This document shows positions 37,195 to 51,000 of a stretch of DNA of 56,204 nucleotides, in pieces (the first letter of the stretch is position 1; each line of letters starts with the position of its first letter). A program made the translations under genes and the position numbers. The DNA is from Phoronis australis (taxonomy: Eukaryota; Animalia; Phoronida), in contig NMRA01000712.1 in the NCBI GenBank assembly GCA_002633005.1, positions 131,850-188,053 on the forward strand, given 5' to 3'. The notes beneath the pieces were generated by a model that did not search any database, was not told the DNA's origin, and saw nothing but the letters and a program-made list of their open reading frames with translations.

Positions 37195-40100
37195 ACGTCT
37201 GGGGTATCAGTCAGGCCAGAATGTGTGACAGAATTTGAGGCCATAAAGCTACGCAAAAAAGGAAGATATGTGATTTATGCAATTGGGAAAGATCTTCGAG
37301 AAATCGGAATTGAAAGCATCGGATCTAGAGGTATTATTGTTTTGCTCACCGGAGGTGTATGTAACTAAGAATAATTTCTGAAATGAGTGACTTCTAGAAT
37401 GTTTTTGTTAAGTTATATATGACGGTTAAATTACGTGGTGGAAGTCTTCGCGGAATGTCACCATGTTTTACAAGGAAGGCACGTGGTCTTACACGCTTTC
37501 TCCTCCGAGCGTTTCTGAAGGCATCCCATTGAATTCTAGAATGCACCATCCACGTCATATATTTTGATGCATATTTTTGGCGTGGGTGTGTCTTGCATGA
37601 GGGGTGGATCAGAAAGTCTATGGACTACGTTTCTCCCCCGCTGATTTACCAAGGTTGAAAAGAGATATGCTAAGATAATGAGATTCGTTGGTCGCTTACT
37701 CGAGTGTGAAGCAAAAAAATCCCATACATGTGTTTTTGCAACATGCTTTTAGTGACTATTTGGAAATTCATGCTGAGTGGTTAACGAAAGGTGATTAATG
37801 TGCTTGCAGTGACAGCTAGTAGGCCTCAACGCTAATCCTTGTTTTTAGTCGAGGACAGACATTCATTAATTCAAGTATCAAAATATTTAAAAAGACACTA
37901 AATCCTATTTCAGCCATTCCTCTTTCTGTGACCTGCTAATGCATCACTGGTGTCATACTTGAAAGATAAAAGCAGGACTCAACTAAAAACTTATCTCACA
38001 GATTGGATATTATGGTTCTTAGGGGGTGGTTTTACTCCACGGTTGCCTCGCAATTCACCAAAAGCGTAGGCTACGCTTGTCCGTCTAGCAGACGAAAGGA
38101 GTTCTCAAATTTTCCTGTTGAGGGTTGTCGAGGGTTATAGACCATTAGTTTGTTTCGCGGAAATAGGTGCGCAAGTCGTTTTTTAAAACGATATTAAATT
38201 ATCTCTTAATAGGCCAAAACCGGGCGTGCGTTCGGTAACGCTAGGACCTACCCTAGGACCTTGCTAAAATCTAGTAATAGTCACGTGTTCTCATTTAAAA
38301 TACACGGCAATGTCTCCCGTAATCTCGCGAAGTCTTGCCTTTTAGGGAGGTCCTAGCGTTACTGAACGGGAGGCAGGTTTGGTATCCTTTTAAAGTTATG
38401 CAGGACCTTAGAAAAACGTCCAAATTCGACTAACTTCGGAAAATTATATGAAATGGCTGATCGGATTCATGTGACACTTTCTCATACGATGATTTGTGCA
38501 TTGTTCTCTGAAAAGCTTTTAGGAAAAGTGTTTAAAATGGTCAACTTTTACGTGAGGGCTATCAAAAATAGTATCTTTGTGATTTTCGAAAAAATAGCAT
38601 AAATGTTACTGGTCTTTGAGATTTGTTGCCTAACTTTTCTTGCTGTGGCCACAACATTTTTTCCGTAAACGGCAGTACAGCCGCGTCAGACTAACGGAAG
38701 CCCGAAACCGCCAGAACCTACAAATACACCCCTTTACCTAAAACGTTACCGCATCCTGTCAGCACGCAGCGTTTCAGCATTTAATATGGTCGGCTGAGGG
38801 GGCTATAGCCCCCACTTTTTTCAATGCTGCGCCGCCCAAGTTTAATCAGCGAGTTTTACTTTTGGCTAGTGTTTGAATGTTCTCAAATGGGCATTGAGGT
38901 TTGCAATTTCGGTTGTGACGGTGATGCCATTATACCACATTCTGCGAATTGGTCGAGAAATTATCGGATGCCCGAAGGTAGGCTACCATAAAATTTAGTA
39001 ATGTTAAAGTACGCAATCAGTTAGTGGCATAGGAAAGCCAAATACAGACTTCAGAAAGGTGACAATAAAATCAAACGTTGGTATTGCTGACAACAATGTG
39101 CTGGATTGTTCCCTGAATTAGTATCCCGACTGTCGTCAAAGTCTGTACGCTAATTCCGATTCTGCAAAAGTTTTACTCACATGTATAGATCTTTTGTAAA
39201 CTTCAGAATTCCGAAACTGCAACCTGTTTCCTGTGTTGGAGGAATCCAAAATTTATCCCTTAATTTCAGAGTCTACTTTCGACGATTTTTATAACGCTCT
39301 GTTGGAATCTTCTGGGTATGATAGCAAGAATATTAGGTGCCGGTATGCTGTGTACGACCATGAATTTCAACTCGGGGGCTCTAATCGCAATAACCTAGTA
39401 TTTATCATGTGGTAAGTGAGGCTTTGTGTGAAATGTTTTCTGTGAGTGGTGCACATCAGCGTGTACAAACTTTCACCTTCATTTGCAGCACGGGTTCTTT
39501 CCTGGCGATCTGTATTTCTTGATTCATACACCGCAGTTCTATTCTTGTGATTGCCTTGTAGCCTAAGCTGACCGTGAGATACACCGCTTGTGCTTATCTC
39601 GCACATGCTCGTACTCGCAAATCGTTGATTTGCACAATAAGCATCCCAAATTTTTTACTCTCATTAGCAACGAGTGGTTGTAGGCCAAGGTGGAGGGTGG
39701 CCGTATTGCCTACATATTTGCAAGCGCTGGGAGCTAATGATTTGATTGACATCTCGAAACCTATCCACTGACTCGAGCTTGAATCGAACCTGCTCTGTAG
39801 CTGATAACGACGCTTTTGCGTGTTGGAGCACTAGGATTAGAATGTCACCTATCTTTAACGGAAGCAATTGAAAATTAGAAAGCGTATATTGTTGGATCTC
39901 GCAAGAATCGTATTTCAAGCGACAACTTCTAACAAACCTGTAATTCACAACTGTACTGGCGCTGATGTTTGACAGATCGCATAAGAACGCTAAGTTTTTA
40001 TTATTATAATTCTTGGTCCTACTATGAAACGTGTGTGGGACGCACATGCGTCTCACCCAAATTGATTACCTGAGCATTACCTCTACCAACACACATGATG

Positions 40101-40293
40101 TATTTGAAGCAAACTTTCTTTTATTAGGACGCCAGATATTGCTCCGATGAAGCAGAAGATGGTGTACTCTACCAGCAAGCAAGCGTTGACAAAGAAGTTA
40201 GATGGCATTGGTGCTGATATACAGGCTAACGATCTTGATGAACTGTCAGAATTTCATATCGATGCCAAATGTAGAGTTAAAGCTCGATCGTAG
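37195..40293 (+). CDS. ADF/cofilin-family protein, module 2 (~148 aa with an upstream ATG exon)
   Basis: Exons 37195-37330, 39270-39411, 40128-40293: (M)TSGVSVRPECVTEFEAIKLRKKGRYVIY...CRYAVYD...LVFIMWTPDIAPMKQKMVYSTSKQAL..LDGIGADIQANDLDEL. No ATG at the module start; candidate ATG|GT leaders at 12000, 30566 and 34669. Confidence 0.92.
38226..38368. mobile_element. Small MITE in an intron of module 2
   Basis: cgttcggtaacgctaggacct ... aggtcctagcgttactgaacg inverted arms. Confidence 0.6.
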
Positions 40294-43200
40294 TTATTGT
40301 GCAAGTATTTTACTGACATTTCACTGAAGCATCCGCATACATTCATTTGCACCATACCGCATTTGTCAAAAACTTTTGATGTACACCTGTTTCCTTTGTG
40401 AAATTGTTCTCAGCTACTGTGCCTTACTAAAGTTGGAATTGACTTTCGCTCGTGGTAAGACGCGGCAAATGGCCATTGCTCGAGACTTGTTTAACAAGTC
40501 GTCTTGATACTGGGGTTATTGTAAGTGAGGAACAAGCGAGGACGAGTTTATAACCCTTAGTGGTCTAAATCATAGGTTGGGCTTTTTGGCGGAAGACCGG
40601 TTTATACCCGGCGGAGTTTTCTCCAGACAACCCCGTGTCTAGATACACTCAGTGGTTGTGTAAAAGGGAAATTTTGTGCAGGAACGTCTAAGGCGTACCT
40701 TTGGGAAGCTATGCATAGTCGAATCCTGAAACTTTACCCAATTTCATTGTAAACGAAACTAAAATCGTGCACCTGAATTCATAAATGGTATTTTATCATA
40801 ATGAATTTAATGTTTTGACAGAGAGATTTAACTCCTAAAGGATTCACCCTTTGTCTAGCCATTTACACAAATTCCTACAATTCTGTCGCATTAAGCCCGG
40901 GATCTCCTTAAAAGCACACTCTTCGCTCTGCACTCTCTACCGTTCTTCATCGTTTTCGACTGATGACTCAATGCTGCAATATTCTCATTCTTTCACGCTT
41001 GTGTTTCTGAAGTTCTCTTCGTTGCTAAATTTTAATCAGGAAAATGACCCGGCGGGCATTTTCCATTTTACGCTAGAGTATTGATAGACCGTGAGCGCAT
41101 TTGTCACTTACAAATGTATTCCCAAGCATATTTTTGTCGTTTCAAAATGTTCGAACAGGCGTTCATGTGGATTTGACTTTTGATCCCTATACATATTTTC
41201 CGAATATACCCCCGGCCTTGTCTGAAGAAAACTCCAGAAGCGGCTTTCAAAGTATAGAACTGAGGAGTGTTTTTCCAGTTCCACAGTTTCAAATCTTCCA
41301 TTGGTGAGTGCTTCAGCTATATTGCTGTTTGTGTTTAAAAAATTAGTAAGACTTGTCACAAATTTTCTCCAGTTCTGCGTAATGTTATGCAGATGTTTCG
41401 GCCGCACTGATTTCCAGCCACGGGATTTTCCGTTGTACCCTCTGTGAGTTTGGAGTTAGCAGTCCAGTTCTTCACTCTCATGTCAATTTCGAAATTTCAA
41501 AAAAAAAATTACCTGAAAAAGTCATTTTGAAATTAATTTGCATTTAGACTTGCACCTGTTCAAGGTGTCAAAGCTGTAACTTAACCAAACCTTTTTCAAA
41601 TTCAGCTGTGTAAAATTTGTTTCCGATTCGCAAGCTATGTATCTTTCAAAATATTTATAGGAGCCATAAGAATAACGTCTGTGATTTTTTGTTCGCAATT
41701 TGTCTTGTATTAATTTGAAGAAAGTGTTTTTACTACTTACGTGTACCACAATAGTGTAAATTGTGCATGATATTCGCGTTGTTTAAAATAAATCACACCA
41801 GTCAGAGTGTTGCCAGTGGTTAAAGTTGCGGATTAAGGAAAACAGTCTTTATTTTGCGTCTGCGACATGGAACTCTATTTTATGTTTTTGCTACCACGTC
41901 TTGTACATTTATGTTCGCCATATGTTTCAAGATGAAGGTCTTGCAGACTTAAGTAAGAATAATCTGTGGTAAGATGCCATTGAAAAGCGCTATTTCGAGA
42001 AAGTAAGGAATAAACAATCTTAATGCTCATAACTGCGGATTTGTTTTATTTTCCAAGGGAGTATGGCTCTAAAGTGAATTTCGGGAGAAATATTAAAACC
42101 AATTTCAATATAAATAACGGATAAGAAAGCGGCGAAACGTCTTTTGTTTGTAGTGGTTTTAGACACATTGGAGGAAGAAAAATTTACACGGCTAAACAGC
42201 TGATGTGATTAAATTGGCGCAATCCAGAGCAGCAAAACGCCAGTTAAACACAAGCAATAGAAAGGTGTGATGGTGTTATCTCCTTCTGTGACATGCAACA
42301 CGATCTTCACAGGATTAAGACCATTGTGACGTTATAACGGGTCTGGGGTCAATGAAAGCCTTGTTTGCACCCTGTCTCAAGGCACCTGAAACGAGGCATA
42401 ACTGATTGATAATACTCTCTATGGGGTTTCTCAAAAATGAAGAAATTCAACAAAAGCCAAATGTTTTTACCTTGCTACTTTAACCACGAAAAAATGAGAT
42501 GCTAAAGATGACCAAAAACTGCGATTTTGATTTTTTTTACCGTAAATCACACATTCAGAACTGCCCCGGTGCAAGAAATGAGACCATAATCCGAATGCTC
42601 TTCTACTCTAGATTACAGAAAATCAGCTTAATATATGTCAATACCATCCACATTTTTGACAATTCCACTTGTCTGAATTATGGCTTCCTGGATTCGCGCC
42701 AATAATTCAAGATTCAACAAGGGTGTGCTTTGAAACTAGCGGCACATCCGAGCAGAGACCAAATTTCCGGACTCAATTTACCGCAAACAACTGAAAGGTC
42801 TACATGTATCTTCAACGGTAACACATGTAAATTTTGTTCGTACGATATGTTAAGAGCATCGCTCTGAGCCCACTAGTGCCATAAATTTACAAATGTAACG
42901 AACTGTTAGACGTATTGGCTTGCTTTTGTCTACGTCACTGCGAGAATCACCTTTTAATTCAAAAATCTGCGAATAACACCCGCAGGTAATGGTGTTCTAT
43001 TCAGACCCCTATTTAATACAACCTTTTGTTTGTGCTAGGATCTCGTGGTGACGCAACATGGCACGAAAAAGTACGTTCACTTATCATTTGACGGGCTTAC
43101 ACTTGTGTGATTGAACTTGCGTTATCTTATTTCACTAAGGCTTTGCTAGGACTATCTGGTTAGCCTAATACATCTAAAGTAACAAAATTCCCTTGAAGTT

Positions 43201-46200
43201 AGGCTTTAAAGGAACTACTGAATACCATTTGCGGCAAACACTTCCCATTTAATCCACAAAACTGCCGTCAAACCCGACCACCCCATTTTCTTCATTTTTG
43301 GGGGTAGTTACAAAGGCCTGAACCGTGGCCTTACATCTTACAGGACCGAAAATTGACGCCATGCAGTACGCCACGACCCAGAACCAAGAGAGCCCCGGAC
43401 TGGTTCAAGTGAAGCCAACTAAAAAAGGAGTAGCAGCGTATACGTACTGTAACTCCTTCATGGGTTCGTCCTTCCGTTCGACGCCGGGTATTGTAAATCA
43501 ATGTCATCCGGCAACTACCTCTCTTGTTACTAAGACTTGGTTGCACACTCTCTCAAGCGCCTGGTGTAGTTGTCTTTGACATCATCAAGAGACATATATC
43601 TTCGTCATATAACTTGGTGTGCTTTGTTGCTGTTCGTTGGTGAAGTCTTCAAATAGGCTACAAGTTAGAGAGACTGCATTAAAGTTGTAAATAATCACCA
43701 CTGTCTTGTCTTCAACCAATATTGGTATCAACAGAAACGTTTCCTGAAATGCAGCCCTGTACGTGTTTGCATTTCATCAATTGTCAAAATTAACAAATAA
43801 ATTGAATCTTAAAAATTCTATATGCTATTTTTTAAAAGAAGTGTTTTGAATGCTCAGTGTTTGGTATCTGGAGTTTCTTGTAAAAATGTGTCACAAAAGC
43901 AAACTAAAGAAAAGAATAGTGCATTTGATGACGGATCGAATGAACAAGATAAATCAATCGATTGCGAAACATCATTTTTTCGTAGTAGTTTTGAAATTAC
44001 GTAATGCTTTCTATGGCTTATCCAAAGCCAGTGCTTCATTGAAGGCTAGGTATATACCAATGAACAATTTACCTGGAACGCTGGCTCTGGTTCAACACCG
44101 TTTCTTTTGCTTAGTAGGCGTAAAACCACGCCATAGACTGTTTTGCAACAGTTCCAGATCTTCGTGAGAATAGACAAACGGCGATTCCTATACGTTCAGT
44201 GTCTGGGAAAACACAACGTCAGGAGATCCAAGCCATGGGGCGTGCGACCAACAAAGGTTTTCGGGTAGTGGATTGCCAGAGTTTGCAGTACAGAATATGT
44301 AGTGTGGAATAGAAAAATGTCATGGGTCTATTCAAAATTCTGTGATGGAGCAGATTGTATGTGCGACCTGTGGTACAAAGTAGATTTCTTGGCTTTTGAG
44401 TGGCTGTTGTTGTTTCTATCAAAAGTATTTATTTCTGTCATAAATAGTTCCTACTTCTGTAATTTATTCATTTGGTGGCTTCTAATTTGCTGGTTTACTA
44501 CTGTCGACCTTAATTTTAGCACACTGGTGTCTTTTTTGACTATACCCTGGACCACCAAGTGGTTTTGAAATGATTTGCATACCATAACCAAAAATGCCTA
44601 ATACAATTGGCTAATTCTTGTACAAACATGCGAAAATAATAAACTCTCCAGATAGCTATTGGGTGTTTCGAAGTGAATATCGGCGAATGCATGCCTCATG
44701 TAAGGATAACTCTATAAACGCTGTTGAGTTGCGAAATGCAATTCTGTTAATTGTTGTAAATTTTTGGGTGAATGTAATCGGTATTATGTTCAAATTGATT
44801 ATTTTTTATTTTCACAACCAAAAGAACATTTGGAACAGTCTCATCACCACGTCACCTAGTGTCCACTAGCTTTTGGAAGATGGCTGCTGAGAGGAGCCGA
44901 AACTGTCAAGATACCAATGCTTTTCTGCCGTGAAAATAAATAATCAATTTGCACTCTACCAACTTCATGAAATTATTTAGTAGTATTGTGTTCTGTTACT
45001 TCGTCCATTGGGCCTCTTGCCACGAAAGTCTTCCATAAGAGAACGCCACCATCATAAATCCCCCCGCCCAGGCATATGAAAAGTTTCACGTGACGCCACG
45101 GTGGCGCACTTAAATAAAAGATCTCCACCTTGTCGCGCTTTACCTGGAAACCCCCTTCCTTCTTGTGAGATTTGTTGATGTACACACTGAACTCTCTCAT
45201 CACGGGAAATTACGCATGAATTCGCCCTTAAAAGGACACCCTTCTCTGGTATAATTTTAGTAATGCACACGGCGTCATTAGCGCAAAAACAATTTCATTG
45301 TAATGTGAATACTTAACTGGATCCGACGGGTCCGTTAGAATTGGAAGCGAAAAAAGACAAATATTAACATAGCCCATATGTCCTCCAAGTTGAGGCCGTG
45401 TGGGCCAATTCACTCATACCCAAGTTTTTTTCTGAAACGATCCTTGCCTTCCATAACGTTAAATTGTCGTGAGAGACCGTCCATAGTTGGTATATGGTGC
45501 AACTCCGGACGGTCTGGGGTCAACAGATAACCACAGTTCAACTGTGAGTCTACACCAATGTGATAAACGAGAGTAGTTCTTCTTGCTGCGTTAGCTGCAG
45601 GTCTACTTATCTCTTTTATGACACACAATGTGTGACTGGGCAAAGCGTTTTCAAAATAATGTGGATAAATCAGTGGAGTGTGAGACCTCTGAGGTCCCTG
45701 TCAAGTCCTCACGACAATTCTACGTTATGTAAGAGACGTGCATCCCTTCTGCCGTACCCTTGCGCTTTAGGTGGCGAAGTTCAGAATTCATGTGTCCAAT
45801 TTACGGTAATTGCACTTCCAATAGTAAACTTATAGCGTCTGGTTGCTGGTTGTTGAAATCCGCTTCAGTCAGTATTTTAGCGATAAAATGCAAATATGGT
45901 GTCCGTGCATCACGCCAAGGTACAGTTGCTAAAATGCAGATTTATTGGGGTCGAATCAATTTAAGACAAAGGAAAGGAGCTATGGGGTTTGATTCACACG
46001 AACAAGGATTTAAAACGTTAAAGCTGAAACAGGCTAGAAACAAGCTGTTTTAAATAAACCGAACAATACAACGAACAATCATTCACAAAAACCTTTCACA
46101 AAATGACAACTTGTGTTTTTGACCACTTAACGTTATGGAATTGGTCTCAAATTGTCCCTTTGTCAAATTCGAGGTCATTTCAAGCTTTAGGAGAACTGAC

Positions 46201-47405
46201 TAATAATTATTGTTTGAAGCTAGGCTCTACACTTTGACTTGTCACTGGGAACGGGTGATTCTTGCCTTCGTAGTCTGGACTGCTTTTATGCCTCCTTCTG
46301 CCGTGGTCTGGTGGTCCCACTCTGGTGGTCTGACTCAGTCTGCCTCGAGAGCCAGTGCCTTAAATACTATTTGTGGTGGCATCGCGTGATGGACCCACCC
46401 CCATACCTACATCTGCCTATGATAAGTTAATTGTAATTCTTGTATAATACCTGTAATAATAAGTTCTGCCATATTTGCAACCCATGAGAATTCTTGCATT
46501 CCTGTAATGATAAGTTCTGAAAACTTGCATAATACTAGTATGTCAAAGACAGATATGTGCCTGCATGCACTTTTTTAGTTTTGAAGACCTCGATTAGACG
46601 TGGAGGGCATAGCCTCAATATATTACACTGGCAATTTAAATCGCTTATCTCTCCATTTCAGTTGAACATAAAAGCCAATGCTGCCGCAGCAAAAACACTT
46701 TTAATCCGGTTAGATAGGCTTAGTTAGCGTAGTTATCGAGTTTCGGTTCCGCGATCCTTGTTTTTTGCTCGGCTGTGTCAAAGTGAGCCTCCTTACAAAT
46801 GCAGGTGATTTCCAGGTCTTTTTATTGCAATATGGTGCAAACGCATCAGCCACTGTACAGACGCTTCGTTTCCATGGTGGCGAATCCTTTTCTTGGTTTT
46901 CTACCTGAATTCGTTGTTATATTCTTTCGCAGGAACACTGTTACTGCTGTCGAGAATACTTGTAAATGAAGCCTGTCTTGATTGCTAAATTTCACTTAAG
47001 TGATTTGTTTGTACAAGTTCAACGGTTTCTTAATAATATTGCTTCAGTACAACACAAAACACAACCATGTTTTCTTTGTAAAAAATAAATCACTGAAATT
47101 TTACTGTCGATTTTTTGTTAGCGCACCCGGCATGTGTAGGGCCATTGGGGGAGTGTATTCGATGCATCGCGACTGGTTTGTTAAACTAAATGGCCGAGTC
47201 AATGGCTGAGTTGAAAAGCCTCCACGTTAAAAAGTGAGACAAGTTCTGTCTGTCAGCCTATGGAAAAAAGACGTTTTTTGAAGAAATATGAAGGCGATGT
47301 GTAAGGTTTTCAAAAGTTATTCTGTACTAGTCTAAAACGATGTAAACGCAGACTAGAACCATACATGGTTTGACAGCCTGAATTCAATTTTTTATTTTTT
47401 TTCAG

Positions 47406-50270
47406 ACGGTATGTGGTGTGACAATCAGACCAGACTGTGTTTCAGAGTTTGAAGACTTGAAACGACGCAAAAGCCACAGATACATCATTTACTCTATTCA
47501 AAATGATCTCAAAGAGATCGGGATTGCAGTGAAAGGGACACCAGGTACAGTAAAACTCGCACAAGTCGGACACGCATAAGTCGGGTCTTCAGAGTTCCGC
47601 GGTACGGTTGTTATAGTTTGTGTTTGGTCCTTCAGACGAGTCAGCGTCGTCATACTCGAATAAAATCACAAATCCGTCAGTTCGCACCTTTACCTTCAAC
47701 TCCATGGGTTGCATGACATTTCAAGTTCCTTTCTCCGTTGACCCACGAATCATTCGTGTTCTCGATGACGGTGAAATGTTGTAACTACGTACGCCAGAGC
47801 CAGAGCATAAATACTAGTTACGCATAAACTGCAAATTTGTGTCTACCAGTTAGGGTAAAATTAGTAATTCCACGACAATCTCACTATCCGATTGGATCCG
47901 ACTTACGCGTGGCGCTGTTAATATCGCATTCCTGAAAATAGAGAAACATTAGTACAGTCAATTTAAAAGTTTGTCGAAAAGTTCAAACATAAACAAAATA
48001 CAGACGTCCTTGATTATCTACTGTGTGATTTTGGTACTGTAACATATATTAAAGGCTGACATGGAGTGTACTCCAATTATACATTTAATGCTGTTTTGGT
48101 GATTTGACACTGAAGTCAAGTGACCTGTTGCACGAAACAGACAGGGACTCAACTAAGTTCCCTAAATCTACTGGATATTTTTGGACTTCTGAAAAACACT
48201 GGTTGTTCTTTCTTATGATGTTTTACTGAGTTTCGTTTGACTGAGTCCGTGTTTGGATTTGATAGAAATCGAGATTGAAATTTATGTTGAATTCTCAAAA
48301 TTATTGAAAACTAAGTCCCTATTTATTATCGTTGAACTAATGTCTCAGTTTTTAGTTATATAATTAGGAAATGTACTTGATCTAAGAAGAGTTAATACTG
48401 ATGAAGATAAACTGATAGAAAAAAATGCATATGTTAGTAAAGAACGACACTAACACGCAGAAGATTTAGGGAACTTAGCCGAGTCCTTATTTGGAACCGT
48501 TTCATGCAATCGGATGAGGTAGACGTTGTATTTGTAAACGTCCCTGACGGACCTAGGGTTTCACGAGAGTGGCCGACCGCAGTCCTCAAGAGACACGTTC
48601 CCGTTAGATTGTTTAAAACCAGTATGTCGTGTTGTTTTCGACCAAGCCTGGAGAGTGAATGCCTCCTATTAAATTTGTGTGTGTTTATTTCTGTTGAATT
48701 CCATTTCAGCTGCATCGTATGGTGATTTTGTAAGGGATATTCTCAAGTCGTCAGGGTATGGATTTCAACCCCCTGATCGGTTAGAATGTCGATATGCTGT
48801 GTACGACTATGAATTCAAGATAGGGCAATCAACGAAAAGTAAGCTGGTCTTTATTACGTGGTAAGTAACATGTAGTCGCTGGAGCATTATTCGTCTGCTG
48901 AGTTTTTAAAGCAAATTAAAAAATTAAGTACCCTTGAAATTATTAACCTAGTAGGTATTTTATTTCACACACTCTACAAATCATGTTCTAATACAAGTTT
49001 TAACTTGTAAGTTGGCTACTGGAATAGGATGTGTTCGTGCGTTTCATGCGCCTGTGCACGAAATGAAGCATTTATTTTCAAAGAAAATTCCCAGTCAAGC
49101 GTTTCGCATCTTGGCACGTGCTCCCGGAGATATGTAAGGGCAAGCGACTGTCTCTTACATATGTCCTTGTCTTGCACCGAGTTTTCCCTGCGTATTTTGT
49201 TAATTCTTAAGACTGCCTTTCCATTAGATGATTAGTGTTAAACAAAATACACATCAATGTCTGGCACAAACAAGTCAAATTCCGCTCACACGTTATTATA
49301 AAATCTTTAGGTTATTCTTGTATTTCATGTACAGGCAGGTGCACCTAAGTACTAATAACGGATATGTACCCAACTATAGATGTAGGCGCATGGTCGTAAA
49401 TTCGGGCACGTAAGGTAGATAATCTTTCTCACAAATCGCATCTCATGTGCACCTACTTAGGCCATTCGCCTATGTCCAAAGTACTTGTTTTCTTAAAAAA
49501 CTTATTTTGCTCAAGTAAGCATATGCACCTAAGCTTCACTCATGGGCGGAGGTTGGTGTTCATTGGACCACTGAACCAGATTTTATTTTGTGCGTGTCTA
49601 TTCTTGCCATTTTCCATTTAATCTAAAGTAAAACACATCAATAGCTACCACATTGTTATGGTCAATGATAAGTCATCCTCCACTGGTGTTCCAGCTTAAA
49701 ACTCCCTTAGTTGTACGCACGGTAATAGTGCTTATCACTCCTAGACATGACTCGTGAATACAACTTCTTGTCCACGGGATGTATGTCTGTATTCATGTAG
49801 TGCAAATTGTTCTTAGAGTATTTGTGAGTCACAATATTCAGCATATTACAGTATATGTGGTGCTCCTGGGAATAGGATTGTGTTCATGAGGTGGAGGAGC
49901 TTGAGAAAGAGTGTCTAGCTTGTAGGAAATCGAAAGTGATTCGTTCATTGCCTGATTTATTGTTGAGTGGGTACAATACTAGCATTGACGTAAACGTGCC
50001 TACCAACACATGTGCTTTAGATGTTCCTTGATCTAGAACTTCTGAGAATTGGATAATTTTGCGTGCAATTTGCTTTTATACTTTACAAAATTTTGAAGGA
50101 ATCCTGAAATGGCTCCAATCAAGCAGAAATTGGCTTACTCAAGCGGCAAAGCCGCTTTGATTAAAGAGTTGAATGGAGTTCAGAAAGAGATGCAAGCGTG
50201 TGACGAAGACGAATTGACGGAAGGATGTATTCTTGAGAAATGTATGGAACAAATGTCAGCCAGTCTATGA
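47406..50270 (+). CDS. ADF/cofilin-family protein, module 3 (~154 aa with an upstream ATG exon)
   Basis: Exons 47406-47544, 48710-48860, 50099-50270: (M)TVCGVTIRPDCVSEFEDLKRRKSHRYIIY...ECRYAVYDYEF...SKLVFITWNPEMAPIKQKLAYSSGKAALIKELNGVQKEMQACDEDEL. Same intron phases as modules 1 and 2; no ATG at the module start. Confidence 0.92.
47546..47920. mobile_element. Tc1/pogo-like MITE inserted at the TA of a 5' splice site
   Basis: CCAG|g-TA-CAGTAAAACTCGCACAAGTCGGACACGCATAAGTCGG; partial inverted match ccgacttacgcgt near 47898-47910. Confidence 0.5.
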
Positions 50271-50799
50271 ACTTTTTCGTTGTTAGTTCCAGTTTACTTC
50301 TGTTTTTGTAATAGTGCCATAAATTGCTGTCAACTTTTTGATCTGGTGATCGGAAAAGAATTTTCGATGAATTATTGAGTTCTAAGATCTGCTTGAATAG
50401 AGTGATGTCATGGTTTTGAAGTTGCTGTTTTTGTTTGTTGACCACGAAGTTCAAGATTTGTCTGGGGATGGAACTGGGGATGATTTCCATTTATTTTGTG
50501 TGCCTTGACACAATCGTTTAAAAGCATGAATTGACCTATCGCAAGCTCCGCCTTCTTGCGAAAAGTCGACAAACAACAAGTTTTACCCGACAACGTGTTG
50601 TTTGTCGGGTAAATGGCGGCTTGGAAACGAAGGTGTGTCAAGAATGCTGCGGTCTGATATGTCAGTTAATTCGTCACTCAAAATCCTGGCGTTAGGTATA
50701 TTGCAATCCATTTTATCTGATCACGCCACAGGTAGAATTTAACGTGTAATAGCGCCATAAAAATGATTTGGAGAGGTTTACCTCAAATATTAATTCCTT

Positions 50800-51000
50800 A
50801 GGGCGTAATTTAATTATTTAGGTGCGTAATTGACGCCGTTAAAAGTTAATTTGCGCCACAAATAATTAATTTACACGTCATTAAAGTTGGTTTACGCCGT
50901 AAATCATTAGTTTATACCGTTAAAAGTTAATTTACACCGTAAAGATTTAGTTTCCGCGGGTAAAATTTTAGTCACGCGATTAACAATAATTAACTTACGC
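50800..51000. repeat. Degenerate ~22-bp tandem repeat
   Basis: Units like taatttacaccgttaaaagt / aattgacgccgttaaaagtt. Confidence 0.65.

Noticed and set aside
18860-50270. A single multi-ADF-domain (twinfilin-like) protein joining the modules
   Set aside because: Each module ends in its own stop codon within a terminal-type exon.
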